Below, piece by piece: positions 26,736 to 37,324 of a DNA stretch of 64,000 bases. Source of the stretch: Antedon mediterranea (taxonomy: Eukaryota > Animalia > Echinodermata). The notes under the pieces are model-generated. The model was not told where the DNA came from, did not search any database, and saw only the letters and a program-made list of their open reading frames with translations. Position 1 is the stretch's first letter, and the number at the start of each line of letters is the position of its first letter. The stretch is taken from the NCBI RefSeq assembly GCF_964355755.1, contig NC_092675.1, forward strand, positions 5,637,812 to 5,701,811, in the 5' to 3' direction. The position numbers and the translations under genes are program-made.

Positions 26736-28868
26736 ATGCCAAAACAAGAATGCATCCAGTGCAGGGGCCCACGAGCAACACTTAAGTGGGACCGCCACAT
26801 GCGGTGCGTTAGCTGCCGCACGTGCAGCCAGTCAGATCCGTGCGAAGTTTGCGTACGCTGGACGCCTGCTAAATTCGCATCGCTTCCACGTCCCGCGGGA
26901 CGTGTTATTGAACAGAAAGCAGTTGCTATCGCACCTCAGGAGGAAGGCGCAACTGCAATGGACGTTCCGGCTGAGAACGTACCACGCGAGGAGGTGCCTG
27001 TTGTTCTCGCAGCTCCCGCGCATGAGCCAGAGGCGGGTTCCGCGCCTGTTCCCGCTGCGGATACTGAGCTATCTCCAGCGGTTATTCAAGCCATCGCGGC
27101 AGCGGTGAGGGCTGCTCCACGGGACGAGCCCGCGGTGTTCCCTCAACCACGCCCTCCATATATTCCATATATTCCGGTGCCTCCACCTCAGACGCCACTG
27201 TCGTATTCTGAGGGACCCTCAATGGAGGAGGGATACACGAGCGACCGTACTATGCTCACGATCTCCGATGAGGAGAGAGCCGCGCAGTTGCGGAGGCCCG
27301 GCGAGGAGGGGCTACAGGCGCTGGTTAATAAGATTCTTCCGGCGGTATTGGAATATCTAGGCATCGAATACGCTTTTCGCGAACCGAAGCCAACCCCATC
27401 TACAAAGCGTTTCTCGACGTTTGGGGTACGTACGCCTCTCCGTAAGGTTACAACGTGCCCAGTCGTTCCTCTCGACCCGGAGCTGGTCGACCGCGTGGAC
27501 GCTATCGCGCGCGAGACCAGTACGCGTAGACCGGCGCCGAACATTCTTTCATGCGCTTTTCCGGTACCTAGAGCTCAATTTGATAGGTACATTGTTGCGC
27601 CAGGCGTGCCTGATGCCGCCAAGGACCGGGTTCGGGAGGACCAAGGATTAGAAGCGGGAAAGACTACTTACCTTGCTCCGACGGCCGCGAAGACAGAAGA
27701 TACGCTCCTCACGATCGATAGAGCGGCCCGCGAGACACTTCGAGTAACATCCGTCTCCGGCTACTTGCTGTCGTTTTTGGCCGATCCGGACCACCCGCGG
27801 GAGTTCGATACAGAGGTCATTGCGCTGCTGCAACAGATCACGGGGCTAATTGCCGACCAGCAGGCGTTTGTATCTTTAACTTCTGCCGCCGCGCGTCGTG
27901 TCAACGTACTACAAAGTACTGATATCGCGCCAGCGCATTATCGCAGGTTCACGGCTTCTGAGTCCCTCGGGGCTAAGGACTTGTTTTTTGGTAGTTTCGC
28001 CCAAAAAGAGGACAAATGGGCGCGCGAGAGGGAGGCCCGTCGGGAAACGCGCGGGACGGCCGAGGAGGCGCGATCCCACATCAACCTCCTAGAACTCTGG
28101 GCAGTCGAAAGGACCTTGAAGGCCCTTCGACATCACGTGGCCGGTCGTCACGTCCTTATCCATTCCGACAACTCAACAGTGGTAGCATATATAAATCGTC
28201 AAGGAGGCACGAAGTCCCCGACGTTATGCTACCACCTGTGGACACTGATGTTGTGGTGCATAGACAACAACATCATGCTCTCGGCTGCCCACATTGCGGG
28301 CAGCCTCAATGTTGTTGCGGACGCTCTGTCCCGACAAACACTATGTCCTACGGAATGGCGCCTTCTACCCAGCATCGCCGCACTGATATTCGACCACTTC
28401 GGGCGGCCTCACATAGATCTGTTTGCGACGTCAGACAACACGCAGCTCCCGACCTTTTGCACACGGTTCCGGGATGCACGTGCGTGGGCGGTGGATGCCC
28501 TGTCCATACATTGGGACGGACTATGGGCGTATGCATTCCCACCAATATCACTGATTCCAAATGTTCTGACGCGCATTCAGCGCCATCCTTGCCGGGTCCT
28601 CCTGATCGCCCCGGGTTGGGCTCGACAAGCGTGGTATCCACTGCTTCTCGACCTGCTCTACGATCATCCCCTGCGTCTTCCAGATCGCGAGGATCTGCTG
28701 ACGCAGGGCCGAGCTCAGTTCCCATTGCGGAACTTACAATCCCTGCGCCTGACTGTATGGCCATTGTCAGGGATCAGCTCCGAGACTCAGGCATTCCAGA
28801 TGGCCCTGCCGCCCTCGCGGCGAAATCTCGTCGGGAATCTACTCTTACCGTCTACAACAGCCGACTAA
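26736..28868 (+). CDS. DIRS Gag fused in frame to truncated RNase H and DNA N6-adenine methyltransferase-like domain (710 aa)
   Basis: N-terminal Cys/His finger (CIQC..H..CVSC..C..CEVC) and Gag motif RRVNVL..DLFFG. Then HINLLEL..SDNSTVVAYINRQGG..HIAGSLNVVADALSR (DIRS RNase H), followed by IDLFAT..VDAL..W..YAFPP..LLIAPGW..WY (DIRS MT). No YLDD or other RT motifs. Confidence 0.9.
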   Translation: MPKQECIQCRGPRATLKWDRHMRCVSCRTCSQSDPCEVCVRWTPAKFASLPRPAGRVIEQKAVAIAPQEEGATAMDVPAENVPREEVPVVLAAPAHEPEAGSAPVPAADTELSPAVIQAIAAAVRAAPRDEPAVFPQPRPPYIPYIPVPPPQTPLSYSEGPSMEEGYTSDRTMLTISDEERAAQLRRPGEEGLQALVNKILPAVLEYLGIEYAFREPKPTPSTKRFSTFGVRTPLRKVTTCPVVPLDPELVDRVDAIARETSTRRPAPNILSCAFPVPRAQFDRYIVAPGVPDAAKDRVREDQGLEAGKTTYLAPTAAKTEDTLLTIDRAARETLRVTSVSGYLLSFLADPDHPREFDTEVIALLQQITGLIADQQAFVSLTSAAARRVNVLQSTDIAPAHYRRFTASESLGAKDLFFGSFAQKEDKWAREREARRETRGTAEEARSHINLLELWAVERTLKALRHHVAGRHVLIHSDNSTVVAYINRQGGTKSPTLCYHLWTLMLWCIDNNIMLSAAHIAGSLNVVADALSRQTLCPTEWRLLPSIAALIFDHFGRPHIDLFATSDNTQLPTFCTRFRDARAWAVDALSIHWDGLWAYAFPPISLIPNVLTRIQRHPCRVLLIAPGWARQAWYPLLLDLLYDHPLRLPDREDLLTQGRAQFPLRNLQSLRLTVWPLSGISSETQAFQMALPPSRRNLVGNLLLPSTTAD

Positions 28869-29771
28869 AACATTTCTTTACATGGTGCAGGCGACAACAG
28901 GTAGAGCCGGGGACAAGTTTGCGCCTTCCTGCATTACCTGTTCGAGTCAGGTCTTCAGGTCCGCACCATTTCGGGCTATAGATCCGCCATTGGCGCGATC
29001 ACGCCAACACTTAAAGACGGTTCCTCTATATCGGCATCTCCCGTTATCACTCAACTGATACGGGGAATGTTCAGAGAACGACCTCCAGTCAAGGTCCTGA
29101 TTCCTCGATGGGATGTTAACGTCGTCCTAGCCGCACTTACACGCCCGCCATTTGAGCCTATGAGTAAGGCTACTCTGTATAATGTCTCGCTGAAAACGGC
29201 GTTCTTGCTCGCTTTAGCATCATGCAAACGCCGAGGCGAGTTGCACGCTCTCTCCTTGGAACCAGGTCATGTTAGGTTTGAGCGGGCCGGCGTGAGGCTA
29301 GTGTTTAGGAAAGATTTCCTTGCCAAGACACAGACGTTAAAATTTTCGCCGCCTGCTGTGTTCGTTCCCACCGTCACATCTTTTTCATCGGCAGACGGAG
29401 ATAAGCTTTGGTGCCCAGTCAGGGCTCTTAAGTGGTATATCCACCGCACTAAGACGATTAGAGACGGAGTGTCTCACCTCTTCGTCGCCTCTGTTCCTCC
29501 ATACCGCGCGGCCGCTAAGGCAACAATAGCGAGATGGGTCGTTGCGACTATTCAAGACGCGTACACTTCTTCAGACACACCGCCACCGGCACATATGCAC
29601 CAAGTGCGCGCGGTTTCCACTTCGTGGGCGTTGTTCTCGGGCGTCCCTGTAGCTGACATCATGGAAGCGGCGTGGTGGCGAACACAGTCGACATTCACCT
29701 CACACTACCTGTCGGACATCTCCGCTAACGTGGCACCAGTGGCAACGGCGATACTAAAGCCTCGACTATAG
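28757..29771 (+). pseudogene. DIRS tyrosine recombinase, split by one frameshift at about 28905-28913
   Basis: MAIVRDQLRDSG..RRESTLTVYNSRLKHFFTWC..VEPG continues in a different frame as GQVCAFLHYLFESGLQVRTISGYRSAI..MFRERP. Catalytic R (KRRGEL), K (FLAKT), HxxR (HQVR), W and Y (FTSHY) are present in ORF 29067-29771. Confidence 0.9.
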
Positions 29772-29838
29772 GTATGTATAAGTCAATTTTCTAACTTGTC
29801 ACCCGCCGCCGACTAGATTCCTAGTCCGGTGCTACACT

Positions 29839-29936
29839 GGCTATTGTCGGGTTTATCCAGGTAAGCAGGCACGTAATAGACTACACAAACCAGAAATGGT
29901 GTTGGTAGTCTATAAGTGCTGCTTACCTGGATAAAC
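29839..29936. repeat. DIRS internal complementary region (ICR)
   Basis: 29839-29885 is the reverse complement of left end 26158-26204, and 29882-29936 is the reverse complement of right end 30111-30165. The two halves overlap at TACA. Confidence 0.95.
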
Positions 29937-29970
29937 ACCCGCCCGCCGTCCCCTCAGACAAGAGGTCTTG

Positions 29971-30165
29971 AGAAATGATGACGGTAACACGTGGGAGTGG
30001 TCCCACGAGAGGGCGCTAGAGCGGAATGTACCATTCTTTATGAGGTGAATTCGGGTAGAATTCTTCTTTTCGTATTTGTTTCGCACTTCGTGGAAAAGGG
30101 CTATTGTCGGGTTTATCCAGGTAAGCAGCACTTATAGACTACCAACACCATTTCTGGTTTGTGTA
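29971..30165 (-). repeat. DIRS right ITR plus right-end extension
   Basis: 158-bp perfect inverted copy of the left ITR, then the divergent CACTTATAGACTAC and the unique extension CAACACCATTTCTGGTTTGTGTA. Confidence 0.95.
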
Positions 30166-30252
30166 ATTTATCATGTTATTAAATGTTTCCTATTCTGTAT
30201 CATTGTGTTTTACTCTAATCAAATTGGTTATAGCAAAGAATATAAATAGGTA

Positions 30253-30619
30253 AAGAATCAACAGTACGCGCTGTTATATATAGAAGGATAGGAAACGCGG
30301 ACGTGCTTTCATGGACCCGTAAGAATCCAGCAGCCGAACGACGGCGGGCTCTAGATATGGTTCCCGTCTAATTCCACATTGGATGGATCGTGATGATCTG
30401 ATGTGTTCTCGCGTCTGTGCTCTACTAATTTTGATATTATTAATATTTTGATAATCATTTTGATAAATAATCATCGTTTGCATTTTTATAGATAGTTTTA
30501 CCTTACCCACGCCTGAAGGTGGCGCACTTCTTCTAGCGAAAAAGAAGTGCGCCACCTTCAGGCGTAGGCAAATAGTAACCCGGATGTGGTTTACGCCGCC
30601 AACGGAACTGTTGTATCTT
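30253..30619. mobile_element. Possible small non-autonomous element with short imperfect terminal IRs
   Basis: AAGAATCAACAGT ... ACTGTTGTATCTT (11/13 complementary) bracket a CpG-rich segment containing a 24-bp stem hairpin. Confidence 0.35.
30509..30565. repeat. Perfect hairpin, 24-bp stem, 9-nt loop
   Basis: ACGCCTGAAGGTGGCGCACTTCTT-ctagcgaaa-AAGAAGTGCGCCACCTTCAGGCGT. Confidence 0.95.
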
Positions 30620-30904
30620 CTCCTTTTATTATCTTTGCTAAACGAGAGGCAACATATGTCTTAACATGGCTATTCACAGAAATTAAAGAGAGACTTGTCC
30701 CTTTAATAGAGGTTCAACTGCATGTGGTTTGTGTCACGCTTTCAAGACGGTATTTAACCAAAATTCATCATAATAATATTTCTGTTCTCGATGGAAACTT
30801 TTTTAAAAATAATACTTCAATCTGTAAAAACTACAATGCCAATTTACTAATTTGTCAGAAACTAGAAATTGCAACAATTAGTTATCAAATTTGAAAGGTG
30901 ACCA

Positions 30905-30959
30905 TAGGTTAGGTTCTCCACTATGATGGTCTGACCATCATAGTGGAGAACCTAACCTA
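30905..30959. repeat. Perfect 55-bp palindrome (27-bp arms, 1-nt centre)
   Basis: TAGGTTAGGTTCTCCACTATGATGGTC-t-GACCATCATAGTGGAGAACCTAACCTA. Confidence 0.95.
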
Positions 30960-33530
30960 GTTCTTCCATCATGTTCTAGCTCCAGAGCTTCCACCATGTG
31001 TTATATGGTTTGAAATATCGATTAATATACCAGGCTGTTTGTTCACAAACTGTCAGTTCCAAAAGGATCTTCATAATCGATGAAAATTTCTGCAGAAAAA
31101 ATAAAAATTCTTTGTATCTGTTTGTGTAAAGCATCAGCAATATCGACTTTAAAGGAAAATTTTAAGTAAATCTAGAAATACTATACAATTTATACTACAA
31201 TATGTTGATAAATATAAACATTATACATGCTTCCTGTTGGCTATTTGAATTCTAGGCGAGGGCATATACTACAATGTCAACATGACTCTTTTAGTTTGGT
31301 TATTTTTGTAAATCCCAATTGACTTTCAATGAATAATGTCAATAAAAATATAGATAAGTTTGGCTATGTTTGTATAGCACTTATGAACTACATTGTGGGA
31401 TGATAGCAAATATTAAATTGTCATCATGAATTCATTAGTACTAGATTCCTTACATATTTCTACCTTGATGTAAACATTTTTCTTTCAGTTATCTCTTTAA
31501 TATTAATAAATTTCAAATCTGTATCCATGGATACAATATTTGATATTAATCATACATCATTGGCTCATTTTTGTTTATGATTCATGTAAACATTCAATTT
31601 GAAAATTCAGGTTTAAGTGTGTGTTTTCTAATTTTTGTATCCGCCAATGCGTCTCTATTTTTCACTGTGTAGTACTTTCTGTATTTAGGCCCTACCACCC
31701 AAAATGTATTAAATTTAACTTTTACTTGACAGTACTCTTAATCAACTTGATACTTTAATTTATCATTTTAAATTGAGTAACTAAATATAATTGAAAAGGG
31801 ATAAGATATTAAAGGATTTCCTTGGGGGATTAATGCACTCTTTTTAGAAAGTTAATTTTAACAAAACTGTTAACAATTAAAATTAAATTGATACTTTCTG
31901 TCATTGAATGAAGGAAGTAAGCAAACACTTCAGATTGTTGACATTCACAACAAATTAACTTGACATGCTAATGAGGCCGCAGCATTAATAGCTAAGTGTA
32001 GGCCTACTTTGCGAGTCTTTATAATTCTTCCTAGGTTAAGTTATAGTTTACGTGAAAGCCTTGGGCCTAGGTTTTCACATTTGTTGTATAGGCCTACTCA
32101 ATTTGTACTTGAGGCTAGTCACAGCTGCATTTGCTTGTCCGTGTTCAGTTCGGTACTTGATGATATCTTCCTGCAGCTGGGCAGGGTTTATGCCACGTCC
32201 ATGACATATTTTACATAAGAGATCTGTTGCCAGGAACAGGAACTGAGAGCTATGATACCATGTCCCTAGGGTTTGCTGATGCACCGGCATTTATGTTTTA
32301 CAACGAACATTCAATTATTTTAAGGTGTTGGAATGTTCAGTTAACGTACAGTAACAGGTATTTTTCCGGAAATATTTTATCATTTTGTCATTCTAGTTTT
32401 GTATTGAATTAGCATCAAGCATTCGTACACATTTCCTATTTGTATCACTTTATTTCTTTCTTATCAAAATATTTCAAGGTTTACAAAATGTTGGTTGATC
32501 TGAAATCAGATTTTTTTCCTTTTAAAAACTGCAAAATGAATGTGATTGTAGAATGTCAGGTAGAGTAATTGGTTTTGTTTTGATTTCCATTTCGTATTCT
32601 CAACTCAATATAATATTTAATCAGCTTCTTACGTGGTATGTATGTTAATAAGTTTTCAGGTTCCTGCATTGTTTATCAATTCTGACAAAGTTAATATACA
32701 CTGTATTAACATGTGAATGTGAATTAAAATATATTTGAAATACATTAAGCATATTTAAGTGGTGGCTACCATCACGTAAGTAATCTAATGTGTAGGCCTG
32801 ATTTTCCCAGCATCCACTCTTCAACGCCTAAAGTCAAAATGTATTGTATTATTTTCAATGTTACCAATAGAATACTTTATATCTCATTCAAGATAAAGAT
32901 ATGAATCAACTAAAATACTTATGATGTTCAGAAAAATTATTTTATTTTACCCAGATAACCTGTTGATTAGCAACATGCATTTTGTTCAGTAAAGTTGAAA
33001 TACATCTCTTAACAATAAAATTGCTAAAAACATTGTTAAAAATACATTCACAAAACATTTAAAATATCTAATATAATAATATTCATTTATTTCTAGTAAT
33101 TTGTACAAAATACACATCGAGAATGCAGAAAAACAAAGCAATAAATAACAATTTTTTGTTACAATCCCATTTTAATTCTGATGTTTCCACTTTCACTGTT
33201 ACACTTCCCAGGAGATATATCTTACTAATTATTTTCTGACCATAGTCATCATTCATTATTTACAACAGAAATATTACTTAGTTCTTGTTACTAAAAATAG
33301 CCACAGATATTTTACTGTATTTGACGAGTATAATCCTATACTTCGTTATAATCCTAACTTCTAATTCCAAACCTGTAGTATTTAGATAGCATGGTTGTCC
33401 CACAGTTTAAATGGAATAGCTTTGACAACTAACAAACAACTTTTGTACACAAAAATCTAAATATTACTTCCATTTCCGTATATTTCTTTTTTCTATTATA
33501 CTTTCATTAGCCCTGATGAAGGGTTGGCAC

Positions 33531-33641
33531 TTTTTAGTTGCGTGCTATGCGACTATAGTTCACTATGTCGGTCGGTTGGTCGGTCGGTAAACACTAACTC
33601 AAATTTTCGTACGCAACTGCAGCCATGTATATGGCCTGGTT
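33531..33641 (+). mobile_element. Miniature HINE (Helentron-associated) element, ~110 bp
   Basis: T-run, subTIR AGTTGCGTGC with nearby IR GCGACT, (GTCG)n microsatellite, 3' subTIR GTACGCAACT, 3' hairpin GCCATGTATATGGC, T-run. Confidence 0.7.
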
Positions 33642-35764
33642 TTTACTGGCAGTTTTATTTTAATGTTTTGAATTAGTTTTCTGCTTATTTTAACACAACC
33701 ACTGATACCCACAGCATTGTCATTTTTTCAGCGATTTGCGTTTGGATTTATGTTTAATTTAATGTTTGCATATAATCAAAATTATATTATTTTGATTGTG
33801 GCACCTGCTGTTTAATAGACTATGATATTTAATCATCCAAATTACTACAGTGGTAATAGCCGATACTTTTCTGATGTTGCATTTTGCTCAACAAACAATT
33901 ATAAAACTGTATATTGAAAATGACAGATATGTGTTATGTAGCGTTGGATATTACTGGACGGTTGGATTGAAGTGACAAGTATTTTGATGGGTAAAGATGT
34001 TGATGAAAGATGGGATGAATATGATGGTACAGTAGTTGTACATACAAATGATTGAGCATGTTAAATCAAGGAAAAAGTTGTACTAGAAATATTTACTCAA
34101 GAATATGAACATAACTGTTAAACCTCAAAATGAAGCCTATAAGGTTTTATGCTAAGCCATTATACATATTCATGTATTTCATTTAATCATGAAATTATGC
34201 AAAATAAATTGTCACAGTATCAACCTCATTATATTGGAAATGTATAGAATATTAATATAAAAATTACTATTATGCGCTTTAAATATTATGAAGAAATATT
34301 TCAATTGTGGACGGAAAAACTATATTGTTCCATGTAATCAATTAGGAGTTATAACAATTGGTTGTCATAACAATTGGTTTAAATCTGAATAATAAGGTGG
34401 CCATGCCATCACATCTATGATTGAGAAATAAAAGATTTTGAGACAAATGAGATTAATAATAATAGAAAAAGTGTGGATTGTGCTTTTCACGCAGTGCAAT
34501 ACAAGTGTATTTTATTGCTGAAAATATGTCCACAATCAATGTTTCTTTTAGTATAGTAGAATGAACTAAGGTGTTAAAATCGCATGCCTCAGTAAACATA
34601 TGTAATTAATTATGTATGCGTTAAGATGATGACATACATTTGAATATAAGTTCATGATTGACTAAGCAGAAATCATACTTGAATATAGCTGATGTGAGTA
34701 ATGAATACATTAAGTCAGAAACATTGTTATGCTATTTGAAAGTTTCGTTGTTGTGATCGAGCTGGTAAATGAAGCTTGTTGTCCGAGATGTGCATGAGAA
34801 AATCATTCATAGTTCTGAGAGATTAATAAATAGCAAACAATTATATTATATATAGATCAATAATTATATATTAGTTTGATTTAGTAAGAAGAAATTAAAT
34901 GTAAGTACTTGATATATCAATGAACTGGTATTTTTTACCTCTCTGTGACCTGAATAAATGACTGAGAATTCCTGAACTTAAGTTCTGCTCTTTCAAAGAA
35001 ATTGGTTTAAAAACATCATGTTGCATGTAAACTGTTGTTCTAAATATGGCATGAACACTTTGATGGAATTAGAAAGTCCCTCTCTATTTGCACCATGGTT
35101 TAAGGAAATGGCGTAGGGCTAGGAACTAACAGTATATAAAATAGATATTTGTTTTAAAACCAGTGAACGTTTAGTAGTTTCAGTGAACACATTAAATCAT
35201 ACAATGTATTATAGTATACATCTTTAGTTTCCATAGCGAGTAAGCAAAATAACCCTGATTATAAATTATTCCATGCACAGATTACATCTAGACATTTTCT
35301 CAACTCGACATTCAATTTACAAATCAATTGCATTTTAGCTTGGCTATTTTTTTTTTCCTCATTTAATATTATTCTTTATGCAGTAGCACTACACTTATAA
35401 CTTAATCTATAATGACCTCCATTAATACGTTTGATATACACTTAGTAATAGATTTAATAAATGTATATTTAATTATTTTATTAGAGAAATAAGAATTGTA
35501 AATATAAAACAGATCCATTGAAGCAATAAGATTAAATAATTGTTACCTTTTTAAAAGAGCTCATCATCTTTCTAACATTTTCATTTTGAGGTAAGTTCTA
35601 TCTGAATTATTCTGTTTGTTTTATTACATAATCTTAATTTTAAATTGATTACAGCCTGAAATTGTTCTTTTTTTTATTATTCTTTTATTTGTCTCTGATT
35701 TAATTTTGATTTTTCGTAAAAATATGCTCAATGATTAATAGTTCCATCATGCTAATGTCATATT

Positions 35765-36005
35765 CTCAATTGTTCATTTTTGTGGAGACAGTTTTATAAT
35801 ATTGTATTCGACCTTTAAAAATTTTTTTATAAACAGAATTTATAAAATCTTTTAGCTTGATATTCCAAATTGTTCAGATTTGTGGAGACAGTTTTATAAT
35901 ATTACAGTCCACATTGAAATGATGGTGTGCTTAAACAATATCATTTGCCTTAATTTTTGTTCATTTTGTCAGGAAAGTTTTATAATATTACAGTCGACCT
36001 TTACA
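35765..36005. repeat. Three diverged tandem units (~90-100 bp period)
   Basis: TTGTGGAGACAGTTTTATAATATT at about 35780 and 35880, with a variant at about 35966. Confidence 0.7.
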
Positions 36006-36038
36006 TTTACTCAATAGGTTACTCCTTGGTTTGACCAT

Positions 36039-36754
36039 GGTCGTGTTCGTACGGTGGTTAAAATAAGCGCTTAATTTCACCCATGCCTCGGGTTATAAAT
36101 TGAGCGTTGTTCGTACTTGAAATATTTAACCGCGTAAATGCTTAATCGACGAATCACAAACCGGAAATTACGTTTTAAGGTCAGTTGTCTTTACAACCTA
36201 CGACCCCATTTTCGCACGCTAGTTTCGTGTTGTATATTTTTTACTCGCGATCTTTCTTTACAATAACAATTACTTGCTACCTTTTACACTGCTTATCCTT
36301 GCGACAAACCTTATGCCTCTTAACGCCGATAATCCTGCCGAAATATGCCTTCTCCTGACAACCATTATTTTACTCATTGACGAAGAATTTGAGCCCAATG
36401 TTACACGACGGAAACACCACCGACCAGCGGCTCCCCGACCAGCTAGGCCTACTAAGCGGTCTACACCAACAAGGACAGCACCAGCTGACGATCGCTCTCG
36501 AAGCGTGTATGGAAGAGCTTCGTAGGAGAAATGACGGGCCTAGGCAGCGAACGTTTGTCAAAATTTGACACATTGCCTCTATCGGAGATTTATTATCCTC
36601 GAAGGCCGAGTATAATTGGATTATCGCTGAAATAACCTGCAAATTTGGTGAACATTTTACCTCGAATTTTTTGTAGCCTGAGGCAAAAGTTAATTGGATC
36701 ACGCGAACGGAAATCGGGAATAAGCTGGTATTTTCAACCCCTACGAACAGGCCC
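36039..36754. mobile_element. Non-autonomous Harbinger-like element, 716 bp
   Basis: CAT|GGTCGTGTTCGTA ... TACGAACAGGCCC|CAT: 11/13 TIR, 3-bp TSD, CpG-rich interior. Confidence 0.65.
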
Positions 36755-37010
36755 CATGTTTCTTAATAGGTTTCCTGGATAGCTTTACTGAAGTCTGCAA
36801 ACTTAATGGATGTTCTAATGGCAATAATAAATTACTTAGTATTGTATAAGTAATCATAAGTTTAAACTTTGCATACTTCAGGAAATAAATGCAAATCTAA
36901 TAAATGCAAATCTAATAATTATAAAAATATGTATACTAACTATACTTATGCAAAAACTGTACATGTACAACAACACACAGTTTATTATTGTCATGGTAGC
37001 CAATATTAAT

Positions 37011-37143
37011 TCTAAACCGCCCGGTGATATACTGAAATTCGAGTCTCAGTTGGGGGCGACTTTTTCTCATTCTCACAGATTTCCTCATCTTTATCGTTTC
37101 AAATTAATTAATTAAATTTCAGTATATCACCGGGCGGTTTAGA
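37011..37143. mobile_element. 133-bp foldback/MITE with perfect 29-bp TIRs
   Basis: TCTAAACCGCCCGGTGATATACTGAAATT ... AATTTCAGTATATCACCGGGCGGTTTAGA. No clear TSD. Confidence 0.8.
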
Positions 37144-37324
37144 CCTGTTTCATTTTTAATTTTCACATTTTTGTCTATTGTATACTGTTGAACATCCTCT
37201 AAACTACTACTTTTGTGTTGAGGGACTTGGGTCTATATCTACACAATAACCAAACATGTTGTGGGTGGCATTTTAAGGCTGTCTGCCAACAATTTAATGA
37301 CGGGACTGAGATGAACTAAAACAC

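Larger units (their letters stand above)
26158..30165 (+). mobile_element. DIRS1-like tyrosine-recombinase retroelement, internally deleted (no RT), 4008 bp
   Basis: Inverted terminal repeats, ICR, and Gag, RNase H, MT and YR domains. Sharp GC/CpG rise relative to the flanks. No conventional TSD. Confidence 0.95.

Noticed and set aside
28016-28756. 321-aa ORF as an independent protein
   Set aside because: Only the part from 28757 is YR-like. The upstream part is the open overlapping frame typical of DIRS pol/YR overlap, with no domain motifs.
26698-29449. Alternative-frame and antisense ORFs inside the DIRS (e.g. 27188-27544, 28348-28764)
   Set aside because: Shadow ORFs expected in GC-rich coding DNA; no motifs.
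26736-29771. Bacterial/phage integrase plus methylase island or contamination
   Set aside because: The ITR/ICR structure, Gag and RNase H motifs identify a DIRS retroelement. A diverged relative at 54.7 kb shows the family is resident in this genome.
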